A DNA stretch of 64,000 nucleotides, taken from assembly GCF_021869535.1 (NCBI RefSeq), contig NW_026262674.1, positions 1,612,001 through 1,676,000 on the forward strand. Reading direction: 5' to 3'. A model generated the notes under the pieces. That model saw only the letters and a program-made list of their open reading frames with translations, did not search any database and was not told the DNA's origin. The translations under genes and the position numbers were made by a program. Shown here piece after piece: positions 11,913 through 25,215 of this stretch. Source of the DNA: Mytilus californianus. Taxonomy: Eukaryota. Position 1 is the first letter of the stretch; every line of letters starts with the position of its first letter.

Positions 11913-12167
11913 CGGTCTCACTAATTAGCGACAAGAAGAATTGTAGAGACAGGAAGCGACAAGAAGAAAAAAGTTAGCGATAAGAAGACACATTTAGCGA
12001 CAAGAAAGTTTATATACTACTAATTAAAAACAATACATTTAGAGAAAAGTCAATTAATTACAGTTGATTATTTTCTGTTTTATAAAGTTTAAAATAATGT
12101 TATATTTAGTAGCACTACGTACTTCTTGATGCTTCTTGTCGCTTCTTGTCTCTAATTAGTGGGACCC
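11913..12167. mobile_element. MITE with 8-bp TSD (hAT/Merlin/P-type; superfamily uncertain)
   Basis: TIR (C/G)GGTC(T/C)CACTAATTAG(C/A)GACAAGAAG; perfect TSD TTTCAAGA at 11905-11912 and 12168-12175; subterminal GCGACAAGAAG repeats. Confidence 0.85.
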
Positions 12168-12421
12168 TTTCAAGATGTCAAACTTGCCGAGAACGAAGTA
12201 GAATGTGATATGGATTTAAGACTCAGAAAGATCGTTGGTCATAAGACACACGCAAATGTAGAAAAACTGTTTATACATTACTGTATATAGGTACGGATGT
12301 CTGAAAATGTATAAAATCAGCGAAAATCAATAAAAAGCAAATGTGAATTGGGAAATATATGCGGACAGAAGAATTCGGTCTACATCATCATGATCATGAC
12401 ATGAAGCCAGTGTCCGACTCT

Positions 12422-12526
12422 CAGGCACTTGTTTCTAACCATGGGAAGATCCAGTATCAATGTATATTTAGGAGCGCAAAATATAAGATGATAGTAGATC
12501 TTCCCATGCATAGAAACAAGTGCCTG
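12422..12526. mobile_element. Foldback/palindromic element
   Basis: CAGGCACTTGTTTCTA..CATGGGAAGATC pairs with GATCTTCCCATG..TAGAAACAAGTGCCTG. Confidence 0.7.
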
Positions 12527-14029
12527 TGGTCAGACTTTGACATTTCAATGTTTATGATATTTTTTCTAAACCAAAACTTTTTTTTTATTTCTGGGCCTTA
12601 ACATTTACTAAAGACAGGTCAATCAGACCTCACCTTTGATCCCTGTAATAGTAATCCTTTGTCTGATTTTTGTCTCATAATTGTTGTACTGTAGAACTTA
12701 AATTGACCAAACTCAGTGTTCTCCCCCGGAAATTAAGTCAACTCATACTATTGCAAACTCGTACCATGTCAATTCGTACCACTAAAAGTCAACTCATACC
12801 AACATTAACTACTAAATTTTGAAACTCACAATGTAATTCTATCTGATAGACCTATCAGAGACCATGTGTCAACTTACAACAGACGCAAACTAAAACAAAA
12901 TATATTAAATGACATGTTTGTTTTAAATTGAATAAAAAAAAAAAAAATTTAACATAATTTTATCTCTCAAACTGCACATCTTTTTGTCAAAAAATCAAAC
13001 TTTGATCTGACACTTAAAAAAGTATATCCCATGACGATTTCTTTTTAATTTCATGAACAAAACTTGTGTAAATATATTTTATCATGATTGTACGTCTAAA
13101 TAAACAATATAAATATTTGTATTTGTTTTTATTTCAGTTAGATTCCAATTCTTGGCTTTAATATCATAGAAGTGAAAAGACATACATGTACAATACATGA
13201 TTCTATCTAGTAGCTGCATTGACTAGTCGTCAAAAAAAATTCCATGACAGCTATGAAACTCGAGACCATTATGACGTTTTGAATATAATTATCTGTACAT
13301 GTATATCTACAGATATAAGTACATGTACTGTGAAGATTTTTACCAGGTCTTATCATATGACGACTATTCAGACAAATTTAACAGTCCAGCTATTTTTAGA
13401 GGCTGTCTAATGACAGATACTTTCAGAACTATGATATGACTGTGTAACTGTTACTACAAAGAGGGAGATACATTGTAATATTGCACACTATTAATATATA
13501 TATATAAGAAGTACACCCAGTTATCAGTTGTATAAAGATAGTTTGAATTCATAATGATGATACATTGTGCAGATACATGAAATATGTTTTATAAAGTATG
13601 TAAGAAATGAAGAACTTCGTATTGAAATATTAAAAAAAGACAGACAAAATATTTGTATAAAATTTGATGTAAATTAAATACATTGGACACTAATAGAAGT
13701 ACAATAATGTAAAAGAAAATTAAAAAATAAATATGTTGCATCATTGCTAGGCTAACAACATCAATATTTTGTGTAATATGATCCATGCATGACAAACAAT
13801 TAAATTACACCACCTCATATTGTTCCCAGTATTATTAAATCAGTTTGTGTACTGAGTGGCACGTGCTGATCTAACTAAAAATGCTAATGTGGCATATGAA
13901 AACTCTTAGTACATAGTGGAATTAAACTATATACCACTGTGGAACACTGTAATTCTGATGACATTGTTCCTGCATAAGTTTAATTCATTCATCAGTGTAT
14001 TGATAAGTTGATAGAAGTTAGCGTCTGTA

Positions 14030-14290
14030 TGTCACTGTACGGCCTGCAACAATGAGCAAAACCCATACCACATAGTATTAAGCTATAAAAGGCCTTGAAA
14101 TGACAATTGTAAAACAATTCCAACAAGAAAGCCAGTGGCCTGATTTATGTACAAATCAAAAATGAAAAACAAATATGATATACAGCAACAAATGACAACC
14201 ACTGAATGACTTGGGACAGGCACACACATAATCTGGCAGGGTTAAACATGTTTAATGGCGCCAAACCTTCCCCTAACCTAGGACAGTGTA
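14030..14290 (-). mobile_element. Fragment of the Penelope-like element 3' region
   Basis: Similar to 45310-45580 (CAACAATGAGCAAA..CCCATACC..GACTTGGGACAGGCACA..CCCCTAACCT). Confidence 0.7.
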
Positions 14291-15039
14291 CATACTTCTT
14301 CTCACACATTCAATCATCGAAAGGATACATATTTTAAAGTAATTTAAAAACGAATGATAAACGTTTGAAAACAAATGGTATATTGTTAGAGAAAAGGGTG
14401 TAGGATATTGGAAATCAGTTCAGCACATGTACAAAAAAAATCTGATACATGAGATATAACAAGCTGTGATAAACAATTAAAGCAACACTGCCACTGTTTT
14501 CATAATTACTTTTGCCTTGGTATTTATTAACTGCCTATAGCGCTTACAGTGTTTTGATTTTATTTCATCGTTGATATTTTTATAAAATTCATTAGTGACA
14601 TTTTTGACTTCATAACAAATCAATATTCTATATTTTTTATTCTTATAAATATTTGTTTAAATTTGGCATGTTGGGGCCGAATCGGCATGGAACGAAACGA
14701 CAAGTTCCAGTGAATCGTTTCTGATAAATCCTTGTCACGGAAAGCTCTAAAAGACATTGCATTTTAAATGAAATAAAACAACGGTTTAAAAATTTTAGTA
14801 GTTTAGATATTAAATCACAATTTATTTCGCTTATGTCTTCTGAAGATATTTTCATACACCATGCAGAAACTCGGAAAATAATTGGAAAATTTATCCTCTC
14901 ATAGGAAAGTTTCCTTAAATGATAAATAGTTGTAGTAATGCCCAGTGACCCGGCACCCCCTCTTGACCTTTTTCATACAGTATTTTCTGTCGAGATATGG
15001 CTTCAGAGATAAAAGACATACTCACCAACTGTTCATATT

Positions 15040-15545
15040 ATTTGTTTTTTCTATATTTAAAATTGGTATTTAAAGGGTTCTCTTTGTTTCCAGTAAATTT
15101 GAGGTACATAGACATATGAATAACGAACTTTCTAATAAGGTTCCGTAGAATTCTCTGTATTACGATTTTTGCAATCGTGCGTTCCATAGGTATATCTTTA
15201 TTGTCTCCCTTTGAATAAGGTTTTGAGACGCACGTCACGTAACTGTGAAATTAAGCTCGTTTACCTTTACTAGTCTAACAAAAGGTAAGTTTTTATATTT
15301 GTTGCATTTTAATATTACAATTTCTATATAGGCTAAACCGGAAATAATAATAATATTGTGTATTTTAAACTAAAATCAATATCATCAAAATTCTTTGTTG
15401 GATTTGAAAATGTAAGGAAAGCCTATTTAACATTAATAAATAATAAGAATCGCCCCTAGTTTTTACCATAAACTCGATGTACATTGAACATTTCAAATAC
15501 ATGAGAACTAAAATGAGTATGATGTTTGCACAGGCATTTAATGCA
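15040..15545 (+). promoter_or_regulatory. Shared upstream module copy 2, with candidate splice donor at 15285
   Basis: Homologous to 1820-2340; AACAAAAG/GTAAGT lies ~1.66 kb upstream of the ZF-C acceptor (16943-16944). Confidence 0.5.
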
Positions 15546-15734
15546 AGGGGTTTCTGAAAAAAACCAACCTGTATACTTAAAGATATTTTTTTACAGAGAC
15601 AATTGCCTATCAGGTTCGTCATGTATTGTTTTTCTTGCATGTTTCCACTGTATCTGTGGCCAAGTTAATACTTCCTGTTATTTCGAAGACTGAATTATAT
15701 AATTTTATACAGGAGCAACCATTCAACTTCAAAA

Positions 15735-16290
15735 GAGTATGTTTTTATTAAGTTTTACCATTGTTCGTCCGTCCGCCCGTCCGTCGTCAACATGTCGGAC
15801 ATTAACTCAAAAAAGCTTTAACCAATTTGCGTAAAACTTTGGTGAATTGTTTATATCTCTTGACATGAGCTCCCTTTCGTTTTTTATAAATTTTTGATTT
15901 TATGTTTCCGAGTTATGGGGTTTTAATCATTAAAAAAGGTGTGTTTTTGCAGTTTTCGGACAATAATTCAAAATTGCTTACAGCAGTTATTATGAAACGT
16001 TGGCAAATTGTTTATATCTATTGACCTGAGCTCCCTTTTGATTTTTATAAATTTTAGATTTTACGTTTCCCAGTTATGGGGTTTTATTCATTAAATAAGG
16101 TTTCGAACAATAACTTAAAAATGCTTTTTGCAATTCTCATGAAACTTTGGTTAATTGATTATATCTTTATTTACGTAAGCTTCCTTTTGTGTTCATAAGT
16201 CTCTGATATAACATTGACAAGTTATTGAACTTAATTCTTTGAAAATGCGACGGGCATATCATGCGCTCATGGCACAGCTATTTATTATTA
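15735..16290 (+). mobile_element. HINE-like element with ~160-bp internal units
   Basis: CGTC microsatellite head, repeated TTTATATCT..GAGCTCCC units, tail GCGACGGGCATATCATGCGCTCATGGCACAGC (shared with 62490-62530). Confidence 0.65.
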
Positions 16291-16994
16291 CTATTTGAAT
16301 TTTTTTTTCTTTCAGGTGATCAACAGCCAACTAATTTACATTTTTATCATTGTTTATGCAGTAATGATTTTGAAAGTGTATAACTTTAAGAATAAGAATA
16401 AGAATTTTATAAGTTTAAAATCCAAACAATAGGATTGTTACTAAGTAAACACACAAACACACAAACAGACAAACAAACAACAAACAAACAAACACACACA
16501 CAAACAAACAAACAAACAAATAACCGTGAAAACGATAGACATAAAACAATAATAACATCATGAACATGTAGCATTGAAAAAAATCTAGATTATTGATATT
16601 TATTATAATACTATTTTTGACAACAAATAACTAGATAACGCCGTTGATCGCTATACATGTAACTGTCTGTGTAAATTTGGAAACAATGTCGCCCAGTCAT
16701 GCGGTTTTACCAGGCTTTCTTAAAATTTAGTCTCAATCTTCATAATAAGATAATTAAATACTAGTAGATATAACATGCATAAGAAGATGTGGTACTAGTG
16801 CCAATGAGATAAATCTCCATCCAAGTCACAATTTGTAAAATGAAAACTATTATAGGTCAAAGTACGGCCTTCAACACAGAGCCTTGTTTAGAAATTCAAA
16901 ATGGAATAAACTGTGTTTATGACTATTTTTTTTCTTTTTTAAAGACTTGAGGCCAGAAAAAAAAGGGAAAAAAAGATTGAACAAAACAAGAGAA

Positions 16995-18833
16995 ATGACG
17001 GGCAACAAAAATACAGCGAATTCTATGAATGTATCTCTTGGTCAAAACACAGGTCACTTTTCAAAGGAAGACACGAGACTCACTGCTGATTGTACTGGTC
17101 ATGTGTGTAGTAAAGGATTGGAAAAAGAAGAAATGTTCGAGAATATTTGTCAAGTGTGTGATAAAGGGTTGAAAAGTGTTGAAAAGTCCGAAACTTTTCA
17201 AGTGTGTGGTAATAGATTGAAAAGTTACGAAAAATCCGACACTACTTGTCAAGTGCGTGTTAAAAGATCTAGAGCGGTAGATAAGTCCGAAGAACATATA
17301 ACAATTCGATCTGGCAATAAAACGTTTAAATGTGACATATACAATAAAGGAAATAATAAAACACTTATCATACAGTCGCATACTCAAAAACGAACTCAGT
17401 CTGATGATAAACGTTTTAACTGTGATGTATGTACTAAAAGTTTTAGTCTTGAACAGCACTTAAAGTCACACATGCGTATACACAATGATGATAAACCTTT
17501 TAATTGTGACGTGTGTGGGAAAGCGTTTAAACGACCCAGTCAATTAAACTCTCACATGATTATGCACAATGATGATAAACCTTTTAACTGTGACGTATGT
17601 AGGAAAGCGTTCAAACGATCTAGTCAACTAAATTCACACATGCGTATACACAATGATGACAAACCTTATAATTGCGGGGTATGTGGTAAAGATTTTAATC
17701 ACCGACAAAATTTACAAAGACATATGAGTATACACATTGGTGATAAACCTTTTAACTGTGATGTATGTGGTAAAGGATTTAGTCATAAACAGATCTTAAA
17801 CTCACACATGCGTATACACAATGATGAGAAACCTTTTAATTGTGACGTGTGTAGGAAAGCGTTTAAACGATCTAGTCAATTAAGTTCACACATGCGTTTA
17901 CACAATGATGATAAACCTTATAATTGTGATGTATGTGGTAAAGGGTTTCATCAACCTAGTCAATTAAAGACACACATGAGAACACACACTGGTGATAAAC
18001 CTTATACCTGTGATGTATGTGGTAAAGGATTTGCTGAAAGTGGTAGCTTACGGCCACACATGAGAACACACACTGGTGATAAACCTTATACCTGTGATGT
18101 ATGTAGTAAATGTTTTAGTTATAAGCAGCACTTAAAGTCACACATGCGTATACACACTGGAGAAAAACCTTTTAAATGTGACGTATGCGATAGAAGGTTT
18201 CGTCAAAATAGTGTCTTAAAGACACACACTAGAACTCATACTGGTGTCAAACCATATATATGTGATGTATGTAATAAAGGATTTAGTCGACGTGATACCT
18301 TAAATGGACATATGAGAACACATACGTTTGAAACACCTAAAAAATGTAAAGTATGTGATGAAGTATTTCGACAACGACAAGATTTACTAATACACATGGG
18401 AACGCATACTGACGAAAACCCCTATACATGCAAAATATGTGGTAAATCTTTCAGTTACAAATGCCATTTAAAGGTACACACGAGAATACACACGGGTGAT
18501 AAACCTTTTAACTGTGATGTATGCAGTAAACTGTTTAGCCAACGATCAAAACTACGTATGCATATGAAAATACACACTGGTGAAAAACATAATTTTAAGT
18601 GTGGTGTATGCGGCAGAAGATTCCGTAAAACTAGTGATTTAAAGAATCACACGACAACACATACTGGTGAAAAACCGTATTTGTGTGATGTGTGTGGTAA
18701 AGGATTTAGTCGGATTGATACCTTGCAGGAACATATGAGAACACATACAGGTGAACAACCTTATAGATGTGATGTATGTGAAACCAAATTTCGTCATAGG
18801 CAAGACTTACGGATGCATATGAGAACGCATTGA
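16995..18833 (+). CDS. ZF-C: C2H2 zinc-finger protein, 17 fingers
   Basis: Open frame from the acceptor at 16943-16944; first ATG at 16995; 17 canonical fingers, five early linkers HNDDKP/HNDEKP. Confidence 0.9.
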   Translation: MTGNKNTANSMNVSLGQNTGHFSKEDTRLTADCTGHVCSKGLEKEEMFENICQVCDKGLKSVEKSETFQVCGNRLKSYEKSDTTCQVRVKRSRAVDKSEEHITIRSGNKTFKCDIYNKGNNKTLIIQSHTQKRTQSDDKRFNCDVCTKSFSLEQHLKSHMRIHNDDKPFNCDVCGKAFKRPSQLNSHMIMHNDDKPFNCDVCRKAFKRSSQLNSHMRIHNDDKPYNCGVCGKDFNHRQNLQRHMSIHIGDKPFNCDVCGKGFSHKQILNSHMRIHNDEKPFNCDVCRKAFKRSSQLSSHMRLHNDDKPYNCDVCGKGFHQPSQLKTHMRTHTGDKPYTCDVCGKGFAESGSLRPHMRTHTGDKPYTCDVCSKCFSYKQHLKSHMRIHTGEKPFKCDVCDRRFRQNSVLKTHTRTHTGVKPYICDVCNKGFSRRDTLNGHMRTHTFETPKKCKVCDEVFRQRQDLLIHMGTHTDENPYTCKICGKSFSYKCHLKVHTRIHTGDKPFNCDVCSKLFSQRSKLRMHMKIHTGEKHNFKCGVCGRRFRKTSDLKNHTTTHTGEKPYLCDVCGKGFSRIDTLQEHMRTHTGEQPYRCDVCETKFRHRQDLRMHMRTH

Positions 18834-19109
18834 CAAATCCTAAACATGTGATAAATGGACATGATGTATCTAATTTAATGTTCAGATACTCACATACAGA
18901 ATATGAACGTCTGACTTTTCAAATAAAATGTGTGCGCTAATGGTTTAGTCAGAACCAAATCTTATTCTAATATTGAACATGTTGAACTCTCAAACTAAGT
19001 TATCCTCAAATCCATATAATTATATTACACGTAGAATAATGTCGTATATCATGTACTTACTCAGTTTGAATAATATAAAACCAAAATTGATTGTGATAGT
19101 ACTTTTCTT

Positions 19110-19690
19110 TTATGCCCCTGCCGTAGCAGAGGGGGCATTTCGTTAAATTTACCATTATTCGTCTGTACGTCCGTTGGTTTCCGTTCTTTAATTTGAGATT
19201 ACCTAAACCAAATGTTATGAAACTTATACACAATTCTTATTACCACAAAATACAGATCAAGTTTGAAATTTGATGACCTCAATTTAACCGTTCTAGAGTT
19301 ATGCCTCTTTACAAATGGAAAAATGCTGAATTTTTTGTTTCCGTTCTCTAACTTAAGTTTGCCTCAACTAAATGTTATGAAACTTATACACAATGCTTAT
19401 TTCCACAAAATACAGATCAAGTTTGAATTTTGGGCATGTTGGAGTGTCACTCTTTAATCTTATTGTTTTAGTCTTATGCCCCTTTACAAATGGAAAAATG
19501 CTGAATTTTTCGGTTCCGTTGTCTAACTTAAGTTAACCTCAACCAAATAATTATGAAATTATATACAATTGATATTACCACAAAACTCTTGGTATCATCA
19601 CTTTGATGCTTATCGTTTTTCAGTTATGTCCCTTTATAACTTTATATGATTGACAAGCGGGGGCATCATATGTGTGCCATGGACACATTC
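19110..19690 (+). mobile_element. HINE-like element (same family as 21905 and 30847)
   Basis: TTATGCCCCTGCCGTAGCAGAGGGGGCAT head hairpin; ~160-bp units containing AAATGTTATGAAACTTATACACAAT. Confidence 0.75.
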
Positions 19691-20897
19691 CCCATTTTTT
19701 TAATTTTTTTTTTTGGCATTCATAATCCTTGATAACTTTAAACATGTTAAATGTAAACTGTAACGAACTTGTACTTATACTTCGAACTTATAACATATTA
19801 ACTACAGCAGTTTAACAGTTAATGAACGACTGTAATATTTTTTCTTTCTATGAAGAAATAACCTAAAAAATGTGGTGCACACTGAATAAGAAAAGAAAAA
19901 TATTACAATCTTTCCTTATAATTTAATTCTAAAAAGGCATAAATCATGTTACAACGTTGAAACGTCACGGTCAAAAACAAAATTATGTCTTTGTGCTGAT
20001 ACACTGAAATGCAGTCAAGTTTAGCGATTGATAATTCATTGACAACATTCTAGCGTATCACAAACAAACAACTTGTAACGTCTCACTTCATTGGCCGAAA
20101 GATTTAAATACAACAACAATTGTTGTGTGCACGTGAATTGACACAGGTGACCGACAATGGAATATACTACGTTACTACGAACGTAAAAAACAATGATTTT
20201 TGGTCGAAATAATTAAATAAGTATTTTGTGAATTTCAAATAGTGGGGTTGAAATATTATACTAATAATTTGTGTTAAGTAATATTCTTTATGCATGCAGC
20301 ACTTGTACTTGTAATTGCGTGCGTATTAAAATGAAATACAAAATCATACATGTATGATAAACTTATAAACGAAATATTAAGAAATTAAGGATGACTACTG
20401 TAAAAGTATGTACACTTGAAAATGGAGTCACCTTTTATCAATACATTTAGTGAATAACCACACTTTTTAAAACTGATTGTTTTCTATGCAACTATTTAAA
20501 TATTTACAATATATAATTTTCAACCGAGGATAGCAAAACAGTTAATTATAAATTAAGAAAGTATATCGCTAGAGTTTATAAAGTACATTTCCTTCCACTG
20601 TGCCATGGTTTGCCATCTCCATTTTTTCTCTAAACAAAGCATGGCTGGTTACATGTTCTGAATTTACTTAGAATTTCGGGATTTTTTTTTCAAAATCAAG
20701 TAAACTAAATCAGAAAAAAAATCACACTATCCTAAAACTTATGAAAGAATATGAATAATGAACATGACAGTTTATAACACAAACCCATTTACTATAAAAA
20801 TCGAGCAATATCTTTAGTATGTAATTTGGTTATTTTTGTAGTTAAGTACGGTTTCATTTCAAGTACAACGTTAATTCATCAAGTCCATTGAATAAAA

Positions 20898-21097
20898 GAC
20901 AAGGCAGGGTGAGCAACTTGACAAAAAAAGGCAGGATGACGATTTATGTAAAAAATCAGGATAAACGAATAAATATAGTCAGGACCTAACAGACTGAAAA
21001 ATAGAAAGACAGGACAGAGATAACAACTAAAAAAAATGCAGGACAAAATGTTTCATCCAAGTCCTTCACCCCCAATCAAAATAAAATGGTAGCTCCC
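20898..21097. mobile_element. Partial PIF/Harbinger MITE (right end)
   Basis: GGCAGGATGA-type internal repeats and AAATGGTAGCTCCC followed by TTA, as in 8544-8769; left TIR absent. Confidence 0.7.
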
Positions 21098-21904
21098 TTA
21101 ATCCAGGACCAATTGAGAGGAGACAGTTGAATTAAATATTTCGACGTGACTGTTAAGATTAAAGTTTAAAATTTTACATGCACATGTATAAAAGCTAGAA
21201 TTGCCATGCGATAATCAAGAACACAATCATGTTCGGGAATATGACGATGGAAGTTTTGAACGACCTTGACCGGCTACGTGAATACTGATCAGTCCATTCA
21301 GCTTTATAGTACGCGTGTTCTATTTTCGCAGGTGTGAGGTCGAAGGTTTGAATTGACCAATGAAAACGATCGTTCCTTAACGAGTTAATCTAATAAAGTT
21401 TGTTTGACTGATTATGTTGCACGACCTTTCGCTAAGCTTGACCGCAGTTCAGTGTAGAACCAATCAGAAGACGTGTTACAGTCAAAATATATAAATTATT
21501 TCGTCATTATTTGTAATGTTTTCTGATGACAATACAGTAAAGAGGTAAAGCTGAGCCTTGACCTTGCCAATTAGTTAAGTCTGGCATTTTTTGTGGCACT
21601 TTCGGTGTCAGGAACTTTTCCATGAATCTGTAGTTACAAGGGTAGAATTGCCCACTGGATCAGCAGCTGAAATATCAATTGAAATATTTAAATAAAATTC
21701 ATAATTAATGGAAGTAGGGAATATATCAGAGAGACAACAACCCACCTAAAGGCTAACAATGTTCCAAACACCGCTGATTTCATTCTAAATACTATATTGC
21801 ATAGGCTTTGAGATGAAGTCAGCGGTGTAAAAAAAATAATCAGATGCATTATTGCAAAGCCTGTTAATTTACTTCCATTTCAGAAACATTTTGAGTCACT
21901 TAAT

Positions 21905-22600
21905 TTTGTTATGCCCCCGCCGTAGCGGTGAGGTCATTAAGTTTAACCCTTGTCCGTCTGTACGTACTACGAACGTACGTCCGTACGTCCCAAAATTGGT
22001 TTCCGTTCTCTAACTTGAGTTTGCCTCAACCAAATGTTATGAAACTTATACACAATGCTTATTACCACAAAACACAGATCAAGTTTGAATTTTGGTGGCG
22101 TCACTTTAACCGTTCTATAGTTATGCCCCTTTATAAATGGAAAAATTGCAAAATATTTAGTTTCCATTCTCTAACTTAAGTTTTCCTCAACCAAATGTTA
22201 TGAAACTTATACACAATTCTTATTACCACATAACACTGATCAAGTTTGAATTTTGGTGGCGTCACTTAAACCGTTCTAGAGTTATGCCCCTTTATAAATG
22301 GAAAAATTGCAAAATATTTAGTTTCCGTTCTCTAACTTAAGTTTTCCTCAACCAAATGTTATGAAACTTATACACAATGCTTATTACCACAAAACACAGA
22401 TCAAGTTTGAATTTTGGTGGCGTCACTTTAACCGTTCTAGAGTTATGCCCCTTTATAAATGGAAAAATTGCAAAATTTCTTCTAAATATCAAGTAATTTT
22501 TAAAATTGGAGTTATCTTCCTTTGTCTGACCATGATTATAGTTAAATCAACTACATGCTTTATACAATGCAATGTTTAATTTTGACTTCCACTGATAAAA
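21905..22600 (+). mobile_element. HINE-like element with three 161-bp units
   Basis: Head TTATGCCCCCGCCGTAGCGG, CGTA microsatellite, unit starts at 21999, 22160 and 22321; tail shared with 30847-30990. Confidence 0.8.
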
Positions 22601-23439
22601 CACAGATCAACATGATCAAGTTGAATTTGGTTAGTGTCACTTTAACCATTATTGAGTTATCAATGCGTTTCAATGGGGGAAATAACTGGGTCCCCGTTCC
22701 TGTCAGAGGGCATATTTTGAACACTTCAATCTGCAATTGTAAGCTTATTTTTGGGGTTACATGGATGAAATTTGGCCAGAAACTTGAAAATTCAATAAGA
22801 AAAACAATGGTGTAATTATTTTTAAAATTTAAATTAAACTTTTTAAATTAAACTGAAATTTAAATTTATGAAATTTTTAAAAGTTTGTTTTTCAATTTAA
22901 TGTTTCAGAAGGGGTCAAAGTAAGGTCATTTTGATGGTATTATGTATTCATACACTTGTAAGTTAAAATGGAGGGAATTTTCAAAAAATATCAGCAAAGA
23001 ATATTAGAAAAGAGCCACCTGGCAAGAAATAACAAATGTCTTATATGGGATCAGGGGACAACAAAAGATTGAAAATATGGGCTTATTTCTTTCCAGTATC
23101 CTATTTCTGGGACCTGGAAAAAGAAAAAAGCCCATAGATTCAGTTTTATGGTTTTTAATTAGTTTTTGATAAGTTTTAAATATTAAATAAAACACGTTAT
23201 GCCATTTTATGTGTCATAAAAGTTTGTGTGAGAATGCGGCTCACATTACTGAAGAGCCGCATCACATAAATAACGACAGAATATTTTGTAAACTCAGAAA
23301 ATTTTGCCAGGGGCTCTCCAATTTTAAAGATTGGGGCCTGGATTTTTTTGGAAGATATATAAGGGGTAGGGCTATAGCTTATATTAACAATTTTAACTGA
23401 ATGTACAACAATTTTAGACTCCTTTTTAAAGATTTTGGT

Positions 23440-24330
23440 GGTCCTTAAAAGGACCGTTATTTTTGTCTGTATCTTTTTCAGCAGTAGATGAATGCAGCTA
23501 TATCTTCCTTTGATTTTGGAACTTTTGAAGAACAGCTTCTGGTAGGTATATTCTTCTTAGCAGGTATTACTCTACCATATGAATGATCGTCCTTTATGCT
23601 TTTACAAATGCAGCATCAAGTTTTGGATCAGGTTGCCCTTTTTTATATCTGTACATTTACTTCGATCCTTTTCTTCCACATGAACCTTAGTCTTCTATCC
23701 GGTGCGTTGTAAATTTTTCTTTTTCCTTTCTGGAGTATTTTGGTTTACTTTGTTCCGTTCACACTCCCTTTACATCTGGTCGAAGTGTTTTAATGAACCT
23801 ATTGAGATTTTAAAACCAATACATTCTGCTTTTTGTCACAAGGAATAAGCTATACCATTATTCAAATTGTGAATTATTGCTGATGCCCTCCCTTCAAATT
23901 TCTAGAAAAGTTCACATTCTTTGGTAAAGAAACACTTAGTGCTCCCTTAACAGCTTCACCTTTTTGAGTATTATGATTAAATTTCATTTTCATAAATACT
24001 TCTTCGCTAAGTTTCATTTTTAAAAGTTCCTGCATTATTAACTTGTCTTTGTTATCCATATTCAGGTTGGTTAACTTGTTTGGACTCAAGTACATAGATC
24101 TCAGCCACCAACAGTTTGAGTGTCCACCACCACCACACACGTATGAACTAGTGGGACATTTAGAACAGTCACAAGTATAACAATGCACAGTAGCATTAAG
24201 CATTCAGGCAGATCCAGGATTTCCCTCGACATTTGTTAAACTGTAGGAGGTGCCGTCTTGACTGGTTTTAGCTACAAGTGAGAATTTCTATGCATCTAGC
24301 CTCTTCCATTGTATATTAAATGAACTTAGC
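23440..24330 (-). pseudogene. Decayed Mutator-like transposase C-terminal fragment
   Basis: NTQKGEAVKGALSVSLPKNVNFSRN motif, Cys-rich C..C...GHS.C segment and a DDHSY tail, with stops and frameshifts; family call from motif memory. Confidence 0.55.
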
Positions 24331-24751
24331 TGACTGTTTGAAGACTAAGTCTCATGATTTATACCCTTGTTATGGGGTATGCTTCTTTGCATATGTAATT
24401 CTTATAAGATTTTTTTTTTAATTAAAAAATTAATTATAATTAATTTTTTTTCAGCAAAATTTTAACTAGATTTCTATACAAATAATGACTTTATCTATCA
24501 TGTGCAATTTACAGAATGTAAATATCTTTTAAAATAAAAAAGTTTTGCTGATTTTAAGAATATTTTCTTCATGAATTTATGATTTTATCCGATCAATTTT
24601 CTGGTATTTGAGATGTCATAGATAAGGATCAATAACTCTTTAACTATTGGATCAAATCTATTGAAACTTTGCACAATATATAACTACTGAGATGTATATC
24701 TTTATTTTAAAAGTGCAGTTTTAAGTCTGGAAAAAAAATTAAAGTCTGACA

Positions 24752-25215
24752 GGAATAGGATCCCAGTTACGGCAACCAGTCCGGTACCCACGAATGCAGT
24801 TCTTAAAAAAAATATATAACTTTTATTTAAAATGGTGTAGTTTTATTATTACACAAGTTCTGTAACTGAATGTAGATTTATTTGAAAGGGTAGGCTTTCT
24901 AGCGTGAATTTCTGTAAAAATTTTGATTGATTTAAATGTAATCAGGCGTCGGTACATAGAGTAAATTGCCTAAATTCTAGCCTTTATTCTTCCCCGGAAG
25001 TAGATGGACCTACCCTGTTGTCAATCGAAACAAAATTTTGCAACGGAATGCCGGTCATGAGGCACTGAGATTGTACTTAGAAACTTCGAAACAAATGCCT
25101 AACATGAAACAGAAGTCCCAAGGTGGCTATCAAAATTATTTATTGGACAGCACTCCATTTATTTACTATGATTTTCAATGCGTTTCAATGGGGGAAATAA
25201 CTGGGTCCCCGTTCC
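24752..25215. mobile_element. MITE with GGAA(C/T)(A/G)GG..CCCAGTTA TIRs
   Basis: GGAATAGGATCCCAGTTA / TAACTGGGTCCCCGTTCC; related copy at 63193-63646. Confidence 0.65.

Noticed and set aside
16945-16994. Upstream coding exon spliced in phase 1 into ZF-C and ZF-E (KRAB-like architecture)
   Set aside because: The frames are open from the acceptors, but no upstream coding exon is identifiable, and the homologous regions of ZF-A and ZF-B have in-frame stops before the ATG; not supportable without transcripts.
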